A stretch of DNA of 64,000 bases from Gordonia sp. (in: high G+C Gram-positive bacteria) (GCF_012515855.1 NZ_JAAYXO010000014.1:4472-68471), one strand, 5' to 3'. Positions 28,634-38,885 are shown, counted from the first letter of the stretch. Notes: generated by a model not told the origin, from the sequence alone. Numbers and translations are program-made.

Positions 28634-28675
28634 CGGTTAGCCCCGCAGGGAGACCGGTCAGCCCCGCAGGGAGAC
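28634..28675. repeat. 21-bp tandem duplication of the otsB 3' end
   Basis: CGGTTAGCCCCGCAGGGAGAC followed directly by CGGTCAGCCCCGCAGGGAGAC. Confidence 0.9.
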
Positions 28676-29418
28676 GAGTGTCTCCAGCACCGCGGCGACC
28701 CCGTCGGGATCGGCCACCCGGTACTGCGCGGCGGTGTCACCCGCTCCGACCTTCACGCCGACGTCACCGTCACGCAGATGGGCGAAGGCCTTCTCGTCGG
28801 TGACGTCGTCGCCGAGGTACACGATCGCATCCACCGCGAGGGCGTCGCGTAGGCGGTCGAGGGCGTGCCCCTTGCTGGTCTCGATCACCGCGAGCTCGAC
28901 GACGGCCTTGCCGTGCGTCACGTACACGCCGTCCCACGACGCCGGACCGGACTCGGCGAGCCGCAGGGCCGCGGCGGCGTCGTCGTCGGAGGCGTTGCGG
29001 ACGTGCAGGGTGGTGCTGATCGGCTTCATTTCCACCGAGGTGCCGGGGAAGCGCGCGCTGATCGTCTCGAACTCGGCGATGATGCGGGCCAGCAACTCGC
29101 GCTCGGCGTCGCCGACCGCGGTGTCAAATCCCTCGGCGAACTCCGAGCCGTGGCTGCCGACCAGGGTCAACCGGTCACTCGCGCCGGACAACGACTGCAG
29201 GTCGGACCGCGCGCGGCCGGACACGAGGGCGGCGACGGTGTCCGCCGTCCTCGCGCACGCTTCGAGCGCGGCCATCGACCGCGGATTCGGGACCGCGTCC
29301 TCCGGCCGCGACACGATCGGTGACACGCATCCGTCGTAGTCGGAGGCCACCAGGATCCGCGGTCGGGCGGCGAGCTTCGCGAGCGCGGTCGTCAAGGCCT
29401 CGTCGAGCACCGGTCGGC

Positions 29419-29422
<4 letters not shown>
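28658..29422 (-). CDS. otsB: Trehalose-6-phosphate phosphatase
   Basis: HAD motifs [29 protein letters not shown]; coupled to otsA. Confidence 0.93.
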
Positions 29423-30849
<1,427 letters not shown>

Positions 30850-30852
30850 GCC

Positions 30853-31020
30853 CTAGGCGGCCTCGCCGGGCGCGATGCCGAGCATCGCGAACAGCATGCG
30901 GCACTCGTCCGCGTCGGTTGCGTAGGCGGCCACGACTCGTCGGGCCATGTGTGCGGTCTCGTCGGCTACCGGCTCCAGCTCGTCGTCGTCGGCGATGTCG
31001 GGGGTGGGGTTTGCTGCCAT
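30853..31020 (-). CDS. Small conserved protein (Rv3489-like), 55 aa
   Basis: DETAHMARRVVAAYATDADECRMLFAMLGI; precedes otsA as Rv3489 precedes Rv3490. Confidence 0.8.
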   Translation of the reverse strand: MAANPTPDIADDDELEPVADETAHMARRVVAAYATDADECRMLFAMLGIAPGEAA

Positions 31021-31043
31021 GCCGGGGATTCTACCCGAGCGAA

Positions 31044-31838
31044 TCAGGTGTGCCTGTCGGCGTTGGCGGCGATCGCATCGCGGACGAACTGAGCCAGTCC
31101 CGGCGCCAGTTCCTCGTAGGTCGCGGTGAACCGCGGATCGCTCACATACATGTCGCCGAGGCACCGGTGGAACTCGTGGCTGCAGTCGTAGAAACGGTCG
31201 TTGATCTGCCGCCGAGCCTGCTCGGCGGCATCCATCGCGGCCGTGCCGGTGGCGGGTTCGCCGGAGCGCAGCGCGGCGACGAACGCGGCGTTGATCTCGT
31301 CGGTCTCGTCCTTGATCTGCTGCCAGTCGGCTTTGCTGAACTTCGCCGTCCGCTTCGCCGACTGCCGCCAGGCGTCGGTGTCGCCCCAGCGCTCCTGAGC
31401 CTCGGCCTGGTACTCGTCCTGGAAGCCGTCGCCGAAGATCTCCCGCATGTCGTCTGGGGTCGCCGGTTGCTGAGCCATTTCTCTCTCCATTGCTCGATCG
31501 ATGGCCGTGACGAGTTCGGTCAACTCGCGCAGCCGGGAAATGACGGCGTCGCGTTGCCTGCGGAGATGGGTGACCGGGTCGTCGTCTCCGGTGAGCAGGG
31601 TCGCGATCTCGTCCAGCGGCATCTCGAGCCGCCGGTAGACGACGATGCGCTGCAGGCGAGCGAGGTCGGCCTCGGTGTAGAGGCGATAGCCCGCCGGCGT
31701 GCGCTCGGTCGGCGACAGCAGTCCGATCTGGTCGTAGTGGTGCAGGGTGCGCACCGTGACCCCGGTCAGATCGGCCAGCCTGCCCACCGTCCAGGTGGGG
31801 TCCGTCTGGTTGCCCGTCGCGTTGCTCGTCACCGTCAT
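31044..31838 (-). CDS. tipA: TipA-like MerR regulator with TipAS antibiotic-binding domain
   Basis: VTVRTLHHYDQIGLL HTH; FYDCSHEFHRCLGDMYVSDPRF matches the TipAS signature. Confidence 0.88.
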   Translation of the reverse strand: MTVTSNATGNQTDPTWTVGRLADLTGVTVRTLHHYDQIGLLSPTERTPAGYRLYTEADLARLQRIVVYRRLEMPLDEIATLLTGDDDPVTHLRRQRDAVISRLRELTELVTAIDRAMEREMAQQPATPDDMREIFGDGFQDEYQAEAQERWGDTDAWRQSAKRTAKFSKADWQQIKDETDEINAAFVAALRSGEPATGTAAMDAAEQARRQINDRFYDCSHEFHRCLGDMYVSDPRFTATYEELAPGLAQFVRDAIAANADRHT

Positions 31839-33304
31839 GTCTTCGATCGTGGTGGCTTACGTCGCGTGAGGGTCAAGCCCTCGAGGCGGTTCTCTCGGCC
31901 CGGGATCCGCGGGCGGATCAGGCCGGGCGGCAGATGCGGTCGTTTGATGGTGCGGGCGATGAACTCGCCGAGGGTCACTCCGGCTGCGATGGAACAGCCG
32001 ATGGTGAGCGCGGTGGCGAGTTCGCGGAGTCCGGGAAGGGTCTGCTCGCTCATCACTCCGAAGAGGCCGCGATACATCGCGAGGCCGGGCAGCAGTGGCG
32101 TGATGCCCGCGACTGCGACCACCAGCGGGGGGACCAGTGCGCGACGTGCGGCCAGACCACCGATGAGCCCGACCACCACGGCGGCGATCGCGCTCGCCAC
32201 GATGGGTCCGACGGCCGTGAACGACAGCCCGCTGACCACGCCGGACGCCAGCATGCCCGCTCCGAGAGCCACCGGAATCGCGCGTCGCTCGGCGTAGCTG
32301 GCCGCAGCGAACGCGCCGGCCGCGATGGCGCCACCCAGCAGGCTCGAGACCGGGTCCGACGGGCCGAACGGCGACGAGGTGGTGAGGCCCGGCAGGTTGA
32401 TGTCGACGGTCTCGATCAGCCGAATCGCCAGGCCGACGCCGGCGAGAATGCCGCCGGTCATCAGCACCACCTCGGAGAACCGGGCGGTACCGGTGATCGG
32501 CGCCCCGGTGATCGCGTCCTGCACCGATCCCACCAGCGACAGGCCCGACAGCAGCACGACGATGCCCGCCGCGATGATCTGCGACGGCGCGAAGGTGAGA
32601 TGGAGCGCCTCGCGCCAGTGATACAGCCCGGCCGCAGGCAGCACCGCGATGAAGCCGCCGACCATCTGCTGGAAGAAGATCGGGGTGCCGATGCGGGCGA
32701 GCCGACGGTTGAGCGCAACGATCACGATGGTCGTGAGGAACGCCGTCGTTCCGACGATCGTCGTGCCCCCGAGCAGGATGGCGATGCCCAGCGCCATGGC
32801 GCCCCACGCCAGGTTCGCCATCCAGTACGGATAGGGGTGCGGGCTGCTGGTGATGCCGTCGACGATGCGGTGCGCCGTGCCCGGGGTGATCGCCAACTGG
32901 CGGATGCGGCGAACCAGGCGGTCGGCGTGTGCGAGGCGGGTGAAGTCGAGCGAGCGGTAATGCACGGTTCGGACGGTGGTGACGGGCGGCAGTGTCGGGC
33001 CGCGGCGCGCGCTCACCAGGATGGTGTTGTAGGTGACGTCGATCTCGATGTCGTCGAGACCATAGATGCCCGCGACGAACTCGATCTGACTGCGGGTGTC
33101 GATGGCGCCGGTGCCGGAGTCGAGAAGGACTGCGCCGATGCGGGCCGCGAGGTCGAGGACCTCGGTGATGGCCGCCTCGTCGTCGAGCGGGATCGGTTTG
33201 CGCGGTGCGGTGACGATGCTGCCCGGCTCGATCGTGTCGATCGTCGCCGTGGCCTCACCGACGAGCTTGTCGAGTCCCTGCCGGAACGCGGTCTTCAGTC
33301 GCAC
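31835..33304 (-). CDS. thrE: Threonine/serine exporter family protein
   Basis: LAARIGAVLLDSGTG, DFTRL, LLSGLSLVGSVQDAITG, PLLPGLAMYRG; near otsA as in corynebacteria. Confidence 0.88.
   Translation of the reverse strand: MRLKTAFRQGLDKLVGEATATIDTIEPGSIVTAPRKPIPLDDEAAITEVLDLAARIGAVLLDSGTGAIDTRSQIEFVAGIYGLDDIEIDVTYNTILVSARRGPTLPPVTTVRTVHYRSLDFTRLAHADRLVRRIRQLAITPGTAHRIVDGITSSPHPYPYWMANLAWGAMALGIAILLGGTTIVGTTAFLTTIVIVALNRRLARIGTPIFFQQMVGGFIAVLPAAGLYHWREALHLTFAPSQIIAAGIVVLLSGLSLVGSVQDAITGAPITGTARFSEVVLMTGGILAGVGLAIRLIETVDINLPGLTTSSPFGPSDPVSSLLGGAIAAGAFAAASYAERRAIPVALGAGMLASGVVSGLSFTAVGPIVASAIAAVVVGLIGGLAARRALVPPLVVAVAGITPLLPGLAMYRGLFGVMSEQTLPGLRELATALTIGCSIAAGVTLGEFIARTIKRPHLPPGLIRPRIPGRENRLEGLTLTRRKPPRSKT
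31838..31876 (-). promoter_or_regulatory. MerR-type autoregulated promoter of tipA, inside the thrE 3' end
   Basis: TTGACC (-35), 19-bp spacer containing the dyad CTCACG-CGA-CGTAAG, CACGAT (-10), then 7 nt to the ATG. Confidence 0.8.
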
Positions 33305-33481
33305 CCTGTCTCCTCACAGGTTCGTCGCGCGGTCGGGCCCGAGGAACGGGTCTCCGCTATCGATACTGGCATCTGTCGGCACCGGCCGACAGGCGCTTCT
33401 GTGCCGGTTCCCGGGGGATTTCGTCGGCCCGCCACCGGGCGTTACGGGTTGTGGATGTGACCCTATATACTTCCGCGGCAG

Positions 33482-33556
33482 GCCTCCTTAGCTCAGTGGT
33501 AGAGCACTCGCCTTGTAAGCGAGCGGTCGTCAGTTCAATCCTGACAGGGGGCTCCA
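33482..33556 (+). tRNA. tRNA-Thr: tRNA-Thr (anticodon TGT) with encoded CCA
   Basis: GCCTCCT/AGGGGGC acceptor stem, TAGCTCAGTGGTAGAGC D arm, CTCGC-CTTGTAA-GCGAG anticodon arm, TTCAATC T loop; TATACT -10 at 33466-33471. Confidence 0.97.
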
Positions 33557-33586
33557 ACCGGCCGGTCCCGTCTGGGCCCGGCCGGT
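33557..33586 (+). terminator. Hairpin after tRNA-Thr
   Basis: ACCGGCCGG...CCGGCCGGT arms. Confidence 0.6.
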
Positions 33587-33693
33587 GTATTCTCCCCGGT
33601 CGATCCACGGCGTACCGAGAATCCGGGGCGGATATGCGGTGATCCGCGTCGCCCGGCGACCTTTTCGAGGAGTTCTCTCCTTAATATTGGGGC

Positions 33694-36324
33694 GTGAACA
33701 GAACGCGGGATCGGCGGCCGACCAGTTGGCACCGTCGCGCGGGCATGCCCGTGCGGGTCTGGATGATGGTGTTGATCCTGGTGGGATTGGCGCACTGGGC
33801 CATCCCGAACTCGCGCTGGCTGCTGGTCCACATCTTCACGATCGGGCTGGTCGCGAACTCGATCCTGCTGTGGTCGCAGACCCTCGCCGAACGTTTCCTG
33901 GGACATCATCTGCCGCCGGAGCGGCGACCGTGGCAGATCGGTCGCATCTATGCCGTCAACGTCGGTCTGCTCGTGATCATCGTCGGCATGCTCGGCGCAT
34001 GGTGGCAGGTCACCATGGTCGGCGCCATCGTGATCGGCAGTGTGCTGGCGTGGCATGCGGTGGCGCTCGCCCTGTTGATCGGCGAGTCGCGGCGAGTGCG
34101 GGCCGAACGGGGCGAGGGCCCGGCAGAGAACGAAGGCAGCGCGTGGTTCTTCGTCGCGTCCGCCTGCCTGCTGCCCTTCGGCGCCGGCTTCGGAGTCGCG
34201 TTGGCCTACGGTTTCGCCGACCCCGAACAGGCGGGCTTCCTGGTGGCGCACCAGGCGCTCAACATTCTCGGGTTCCTGGGTCTGGCCGCCGCAGGTGTCC
34301 TTATGGTGATGTTCCCGCGCCTGCTGGGGGAGACGCAGGTGAGCACTCGGCGACGGCCGCCGGCACTCGCAGCGCTGGTGGTCGGAGTCGCGGTGATCTG
34401 CTCGGGCGCGCTCTCGGACCAACCGGTGGTCGCGGCCGTCGGCGTCGGGGTCTACCTCGTCGGGTGGCTGATCGTCGTCGCGCCGTTCGTGCCGGTGCTG
34501 CTGCGGCGACCGCCCGACTCCTACGCGTCGGCCTCGATCACCGCGGCGCTGCTCTGGCTCATCGGGTCGCTGACGGCTTACGCCGTGATCCTGCTGACCG
34601 GGCCGTTCGACGCCTCGCGCATCTCGCTGCTCACGGTGTGGTTCTTGGCGGGCTTCGCCGGTCAGTTGCTGCTCGGTGTGATGAGTCACCTGCTGCCGAC
34701 CATGATGGGCGGCGGCGAGGTGACGGTCGCGGGCAAGCGCGTGATGAACACCTGGTGGCTGTGGCGGGTGCTCGTGATCAACGCCGGCTTGCTGCTGTGG
34801 CTGATGCCGCTCACCAGCTGGGTCAAGGTGACCCTCTCGGCGCTGGTGATGCTGGCGTACATCCTGTTCCTGCCGATCATGATTCGCAGTGCGGTCGCCG
34901 CGATGGCAGTGCGGCGAGCGCAGGCGGCTGCGAGCGATGTCTCGGAGGCGCCCGCCGCCGCCCCGGCGACTGTCGGGTCTCGGGCGCCGCAACTCGGACT
35001 CCAAGGTGTCGCCGCCGCGACCGCACTCGCGCTGGTGATCTCGGTGGGGGTGGCGCTGGGCGGCGGCGGGACGCTGTCGGCCGACGACGCCTCCGGAGGT
35101 GTGGCACCCACCGGCCAGACGACGACCGTTCAGGTCGACGCGGTCGGCATGCGATTCACCCCGGAGACCATCACGGTGCCGAAGGGCGACCGCCTGGTCC
35201 TCACCGTGACCAACAAGGACGACATGGTGCACGACCTCGTCCTCGAGACCGGACAGAACACCGGTCGCCTCGCGCCGGGACAGTCCGCGACCGTCGACGT
35301 CGGCGTCGTCGGACGGTCGATCGAAGGCTGGTGCTCGATCATCGGCCACCGGCAGCAGGGGATGGTCCTGCACATCAAGGTCGAGGGCGACGACGGCTCC
35401 ACTGGCCACGACGGACACGGCGCCGGTGGTCCCGCGACCGGGCCCGCGGCCACGGTGGACTTCATGAAGGATCCGGGCCCCGACTTCCGGGCTCGCGATC
35501 CGCGGTTGGCTCCGGCACCCGCGGGAGAAGTGCACAAGTACACCTTCGAGGTGACCGAGGCGCCCGGCGAGATCGCACCCGGCACCACCGCCACTCGCTG
35601 GACGTATAACGGGGAGACGATGGGGCCGGTGCTCCGCGGCAAGCTCGGCGACACCTTCGAGATCACGCTGGTGAACAACGGCACCATGGCGCACTCCGTC
35701 GACTTCCACGCGGGCATGGTCTCGCCCGACACGAACATGCGCGACATCAACCCCGGCGAGCGCCTCGTCTACCGCTTCCGCGCCGAGCACACCGGCATCT
35801 GGCTGTATCACTGCGCGACGATGCCGATGCCGGTGCACCTGGCAGCCGGCATGTTCGGAGCCGTGGTGATCGATCCGCCGGATCTGGCTCCCGTCGACGC
35901 CGAATACCTGTTCACCCAGTCCGAGTGGTACCTCGGGCCGGATGGGGCGCCGATCGATGCCGACAAGGTGGCGGCCGGTATTCCCGACCTGGTGATGTTC
36001 AACGGCTACGCGAACCAGTACGTATACCGGCCGCTGCGAGCGAAGGTCGGCGACCGCATCCGGATGTGGGTGCTCGACGCCGGGCCCAACGAGCCGCTGT
36101 CGTTCCACGTGATCGGCAGCCAGTTCGACACCGTCTACAAGGAGGGCGCCTACCTGCTGCGGCGCGACAACGCCCTGCGCGGCGGATCGCAGGCACTGGG
36201 CCTCCTGCCCGCGCAGGGCGGTTTTGTTGAGATGACCTTCCTGGAACCGGGCACCTACACGTTCCTCAACCACCGCATGTTCGACGGCGACCGCGGCGCG
36301 ATGGGCAAGATCATCGTCGAATAG
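33694..36324 (+). CDS. nirK: Fusion of a multi-pass (NnrS-like) membrane domain, a cupredoxin and a copper nitrite reductase
   Basis: About 12-13 hydrophobic segments, then HDL...WCSIIGHRQQGM (type-1 Cu), then HSVDFH, YHCATMPMPVHLAAGM, SFHVIG, NHRMF; TAATAT -10 six nt before the GTG. Confidence 0.85.
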   Translation: MNRTRDRRPTSWHRRAGMPVRVWMMVLILVGLAHWAIPNSRWLLVHIFTIGLVANSILLWSQTLAERFLGHHLPPERRPWQIGRIYAVNVGLLVIIVGMLGAWWQVTMVGAIVIGSVLAWHAVALALLIGESRRVRAERGEGPAENEGSAWFFVASACLLPFGAGFGVALAYGFADPEQAGFLVAHQALNILGFLGLAAAGVLMVMFPRLLGETQVSTRRRPPALAALVVGVAVICSGALSDQPVVAAVGVGVYLVGWLIVVAPFVPVLLRRPPDSYASASITAALLWLIGSLTAYAVILLTGPFDASRISLLTVWFLAGFAGQLLLGVMSHLLPTMMGGGEVTVAGKRVMNTWWLWRVLVINAGLLLWLMPLTSWVKVTLSALVMLAYILFLPIMIRSAVAAMAVRRAQAAASDVSEAPAAAPATVGSRAPQLGLQGVAAATALALVISVGVALGGGGTLSADDASGGVAPTGQTTTVQVDAVGMRFTPETITVPKGDRLVLTVTNKDDMVHDLVLETGQNTGRLAPGQSATVDVGVVGRSIEGWCSIIGHRQQGMVLHIKVEGDDGSTGHDGHGAGGPATGPAATVDFMKDPGPDFRARDPRLAPAPAGEVHKYTFEVTEAPGEIAPGTTATRWTYNGETMGPVLRGKLGDTFEITLVNNGTMAHSVDFHAGMVSPDTNMRDINPGERLVYRFRAEHTGIWLYHCATMPMPVHLAAGMFGAVVIDPPDLAPVDAEYLFTQSEWYLGPDGAPIDADKVAAGIPDLVMFNGYANQYVYRPLRAKVGDRIRMWVLDAGPNEPLSFHVIGSQFDTVYKEGAYLLRRDNALRGGSQALGLLPAQGGFVEMTFLEPGTYTFLNHRMFDGDRGAMGKIIVE

Positions 36325-36349
36325 CGGCGGTGGGCGGCGTGCCCTGTGC

Positions 36350-37102
36350 TCAGGTGGTTGCGGTCCATCCGCCGTCCATGATGTACGACGATCCGGTGAC
36401 CATCCCGGCCCCGTCGCTGCACAGCCATGACACCAGGTCGGCGACCTCTGACGGCTCGATCAACCGCTTGATCACCGGGCCCGCGAGGAAGATCTTCTCG
36501 ACCACCTCGTCCTCGGAGATGCCGTGGGCGACGGCCTGCTCCGCGATCTGCTTGGTCACCAGCGCGGTCTTCACGTAGCCGGGGTTCACGCAGTTGCTGG
36601 TGACGCCGTGCGGACCGCCTTCGGCGGCGGTGACCTTGGCGAGTCCCTCCAAGGCATGCTTGGCGGTCACGTAGGCGGACTTGTAGGGCGAGGCGCGGAG
36701 ACCGTGCACCGACGAGACGTGCACGATGCGCCCGAAGCCGCGCTCGTACATGCCGGGCAGGGCGGCGCGCGTCAGGAGGAACGGCGCCTCCACCATGAGC
36801 GCCAGGATGCGATGGAACCACTCCGGCTCGAAGTCCTGGATCGGGCTCACATGCTGGATACCCGCGTTGTGCACCAGGATGTCGGTGTCCAGGGTCAGAT
36901 CGGCCAGTGCGGCGGTGTCGGTGAGGTCGACGGCCCACGGGGTGCCGCCGATCTGCGCGGCGAACTGTGCCGCGCGGTCGCCGTCGACGTCGGCCACGGT
37001 GACGTGGGCGCCGTCGTCGGCCAGACGCTGGGCGACGGCGGCGCCGATGCCTGCGGCCGCGCCGGTGACCAGGGCGCGACGACCTGCCTGCGGCCCGCTC
37101 AT
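36350..37102 (-). CDS. bdhA: 3-hydroxybutyrate dehydrogenase
   Basis: TGAAAGIG, HNAGIQHVSPI, SSVHGLRASPYKSAYVTAKH, NPGYVKTALV. Confidence 0.9.
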   Translation of the reverse strand: MSGPQAGRRALVTGAAAGIGAAVAQRLADDGAHVTVADVDGDRAAQFAAQIGGTPWAVDLTDTAALADLTLDTDILVHNAGIQHVSPIQDFEPEWFHRILALMVEAPFLLTRAALPGMYERGFGRIVHVSSVHGLRASPYKSAYVTAKHALEGLAKVTAAEGGPHGVTSNCVNPGYVKTALVTKQIAEQAVAHGISEDEVVEKIFLAGPVIKRLIEPSEVADLVSWLCSDGAGMVTGSSYIMDGGWTATT

Positions 37103-38319
37103 GCCTCGCTCGATTCGATCGCGGCGACCGCGGTCTCGCGGTTGCGTCGGGCGAGGTCTTCGAAGATCTCGGTCCACGGTCCCGACAGGGCTGCGTGGCC
37201 CATGAACAAGCCGAGATGGCCTGCATCCAGGGTCCAGGTGCGGACATCGTCCGCCGGCGTCGAGACGGCCCCGGCGAGTGCGAACATCTGCGCCGGCGGC
37301 GTGATGTGGTCGCGTTCGCCCGCGATCAAGTACAGCGGAGCCTCGATCGCCGACAGGTCGACGACGGTGCCCTCCACCACCAGCTCGCCCGCGATCAACT
37401 GGTTCTTGAAGAACAGATGCTCCACCACCCACAGGTAGAAGGCGCCGGGCATGTCCTGCCCGTGCTCGAACCAGTTGGCGAACGAGTCGTACCGCTCCAC
37501 GTACTCGGGGTCGCGGATGCTGCCCCATAGCTGGCACAGGCGATTGAACTCTTCGGTGGGCTCGAGCATCTTGAAGCCGAGGACCTGGTTGGCGCCGAGG
37601 TGCTTGCCGCCGCCCGCTGCGACGAGCGCGCGGTAGGCGTCGATGTCGCCGTGGCGGGTGAGCGCGGACATCCACTCGCTGACCGCGGAGTCGCCCGCGT
37701 GCGTGTCGATGGGGGCGCCGCCCAGTGCCAGGCTGCGGACCGCGTGCGGGCGCAGAGCTGCATAGATCGCGGCGAGCCAACCGCCCTGACAGTCACCGAC
37801 GAGGTGAACTGCTCCGCCGACCTCGGCGCCGACCTCGGCGACGATCTCGTCGAGAATCGAGATGTAGTCCTCGACGGTGATGTTCGCGGTGGCCTCGGTG
37901 GCGGGCAGGTAGTCGACGGAGTACACGCGGTCGACGCCCGCGGCGAGTGCGGTACGCACCTGACTCTGGTCGGCGGAGTAGTCGACGATGGTCGACGCAT
38001 GTCCGCCCTGGGGTGGCAGGAAGACGATCGGGACCTGCGTCGCGTCGGCGTCCGGGGTCGAGAAGTCGAGCAGTCGGACCTGCGGCCAGGTGCGCACCAC
38101 CGTGTGGGGCGTGGCCCAGTCGGGCTTGGTCCGCTTGGTCGCCGCCTGCGTCCATGCTGCCCAGTCCGAGAGCATGTGCATCGGAGTGAAGGTGCCCGAG
38201 GTCAGGGCGGCGGTGCTGTAGCCGGTCCATCCCTTGATCCACGCGGTGGCGAGATCGGTCGGGGCCTGCGCCCACCGTTGGACCTGAGTGGGCGCGGTGG
38301 GCGTCGTCGTCGCGGTCAT
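37099..38319 (-). CDS. PHA depolymerase/synthase-fold alpha/beta hydrolase with a Cys nucleophile
   Basis: LPPQGGH, GDCQGGW lipase box, GERDHITP, AGHLGLF (C-D-H triad); coupled to bdhA by an ATGA overlap. Confidence 0.7.
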   Translation of the reverse strand: MTATTTPTAPTQVQRWAQAPTDLATAWIKGWTGYSTAALTSGTFTPMHMLSDWAAWTQAATKRTKPDWATPHTVVRTWPQVRLLDFSTPDADATQVPIVFLPPQGGHASTIVDYSADQSQVRTALAAGVDRVYSVDYLPATEATANITVEDYISILDEIVAEVGAEVGGAVHLVGDCQGGWLAAIYAALRPHAVRSLALGGAPIDTHAGDSAVSEWMSALTRHGDIDAYRALVAAGGGKHLGANQVLGFKMLEPTEEFNRLCQLWGSIRDPEYVERYDSFANWFEHGQDMPGAFYLWVVEHLFFKNQLIAGELVVEGTVVDLSAIEAPLYLIAGERDHITPPAQMFALAGAVSTPADDVRTWTLDAGHLGLFMGHAALSGPWTEIFEDLARRNRETAVAAIESSEA

Positions 38320-38408
38320 CGGCGCACCTCGCTGACGGTCGAGACGCTGACGGTCGAGACAGGGGGCCGACCGGGGCCTCCGCACACGGTGATCTTGCTC
38401 TCGTTCAT
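38316..38408 (-). CDS. Putative 30-aa leader ORF, MNESKITVCGGPGRPPVSTVSVSTVSEVRR
   Basis: GAGG RBS, ATG at 38408; its TGA overlaps the ATG of the next gene; contains a 15-bp tandem duplication (38331-38360). Confidence 0.4.
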   Translation of the reverse strand: MNESKITVCGGPGRPPVSTVSVSTVSEVRR

Positions 38409-38438
38409 GGCACAACCTCACAGTCGACGATTCCTTGG

Positions 38439-38458
38439 TGCTAGCAACGCTAGCTAGC
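38439..38458. promoter_or_regulatory. GCTAGC boxes upstream of the PHA-hydrolase/bdhA operon
   Basis: TGCTAGCA-AC-GCTAGCTAGC. Confidence 0.55.
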
Positions 38459-38485
38459 GATCGGCGATCGTGAGGGTATTTCGAC

Positions 38486-38872
38486 TCATTCGTCGTTGGG
38501 CGAGTCCTGGGACTCATTGCTTCCGGGTGCCCCTCCGGTACGGAGCGCACGCGATGCGACCAGCATGTTCTGGTACACGTGCGTCAAGGATCGCTGCTGC
38601 TCCGGCGTCAATTCCGGGTCGGCCTGAATGGCGGCGACCACGTCAGACACCTGGTCGCTCGGTGCCGCGAGCTCCTCGGCATCGAGTCCGAGCGCGTCGG
38701 CGAGCGCATGGAGAACCTCTTGGCTCGGCGCGCGCAGGCCGTGCTCGATCTGCGACAGGTAGGGATTCGAGATGCCGACCATCGTCGCGAGCTGCCGCAG
38801 CGACAGGGCGGCTACCTGACGTTGGTAGCGGACGATGTCGCCGATCGGGTGGGGCAGGTCAGGACTGGACAA
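38486..38872 (-). CDS. XRE-family regulator, paralogue of the Rv0474/MLDSR-like protein
   Basis: IGDIVRYQR...SLRQLATMVGISNPYLSQIEHGLRAPS; TTG start with an AGGAG RBS. Confidence 0.88.
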   Translation of the reverse strand: MSSPDLPHPIGDIVRYQRQVAALSLRQLATMVGISNPYLSQIEHGLRAPSQEVLHALADALGLDAEELAAPSDQVSDVVAAIQADPELTPEQQRSLTHVYQNMLVASRALRTGGAPGSNESQDSPNDE

Positions 38873-38885
38873 TGACAGAGTGCTC

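Noticed and set aside
33535-36273. 912-aa minus-strand ORF, and similar long antisense ORFs such as 5333-6640, 29320-31092 and 57586-59817
   Set aside because: Shadow frames of high-GC3 genes on the opposite strand, with no recognisable motifs.
33482-36324. Genomic island integrated at tRNA-Thr carrying the nirK fusion
   Set aside because: No integrase is present, I found no duplicated tRNA 3' end in the window, and composition is host-like. Comparative genomics could still show an old insertion.
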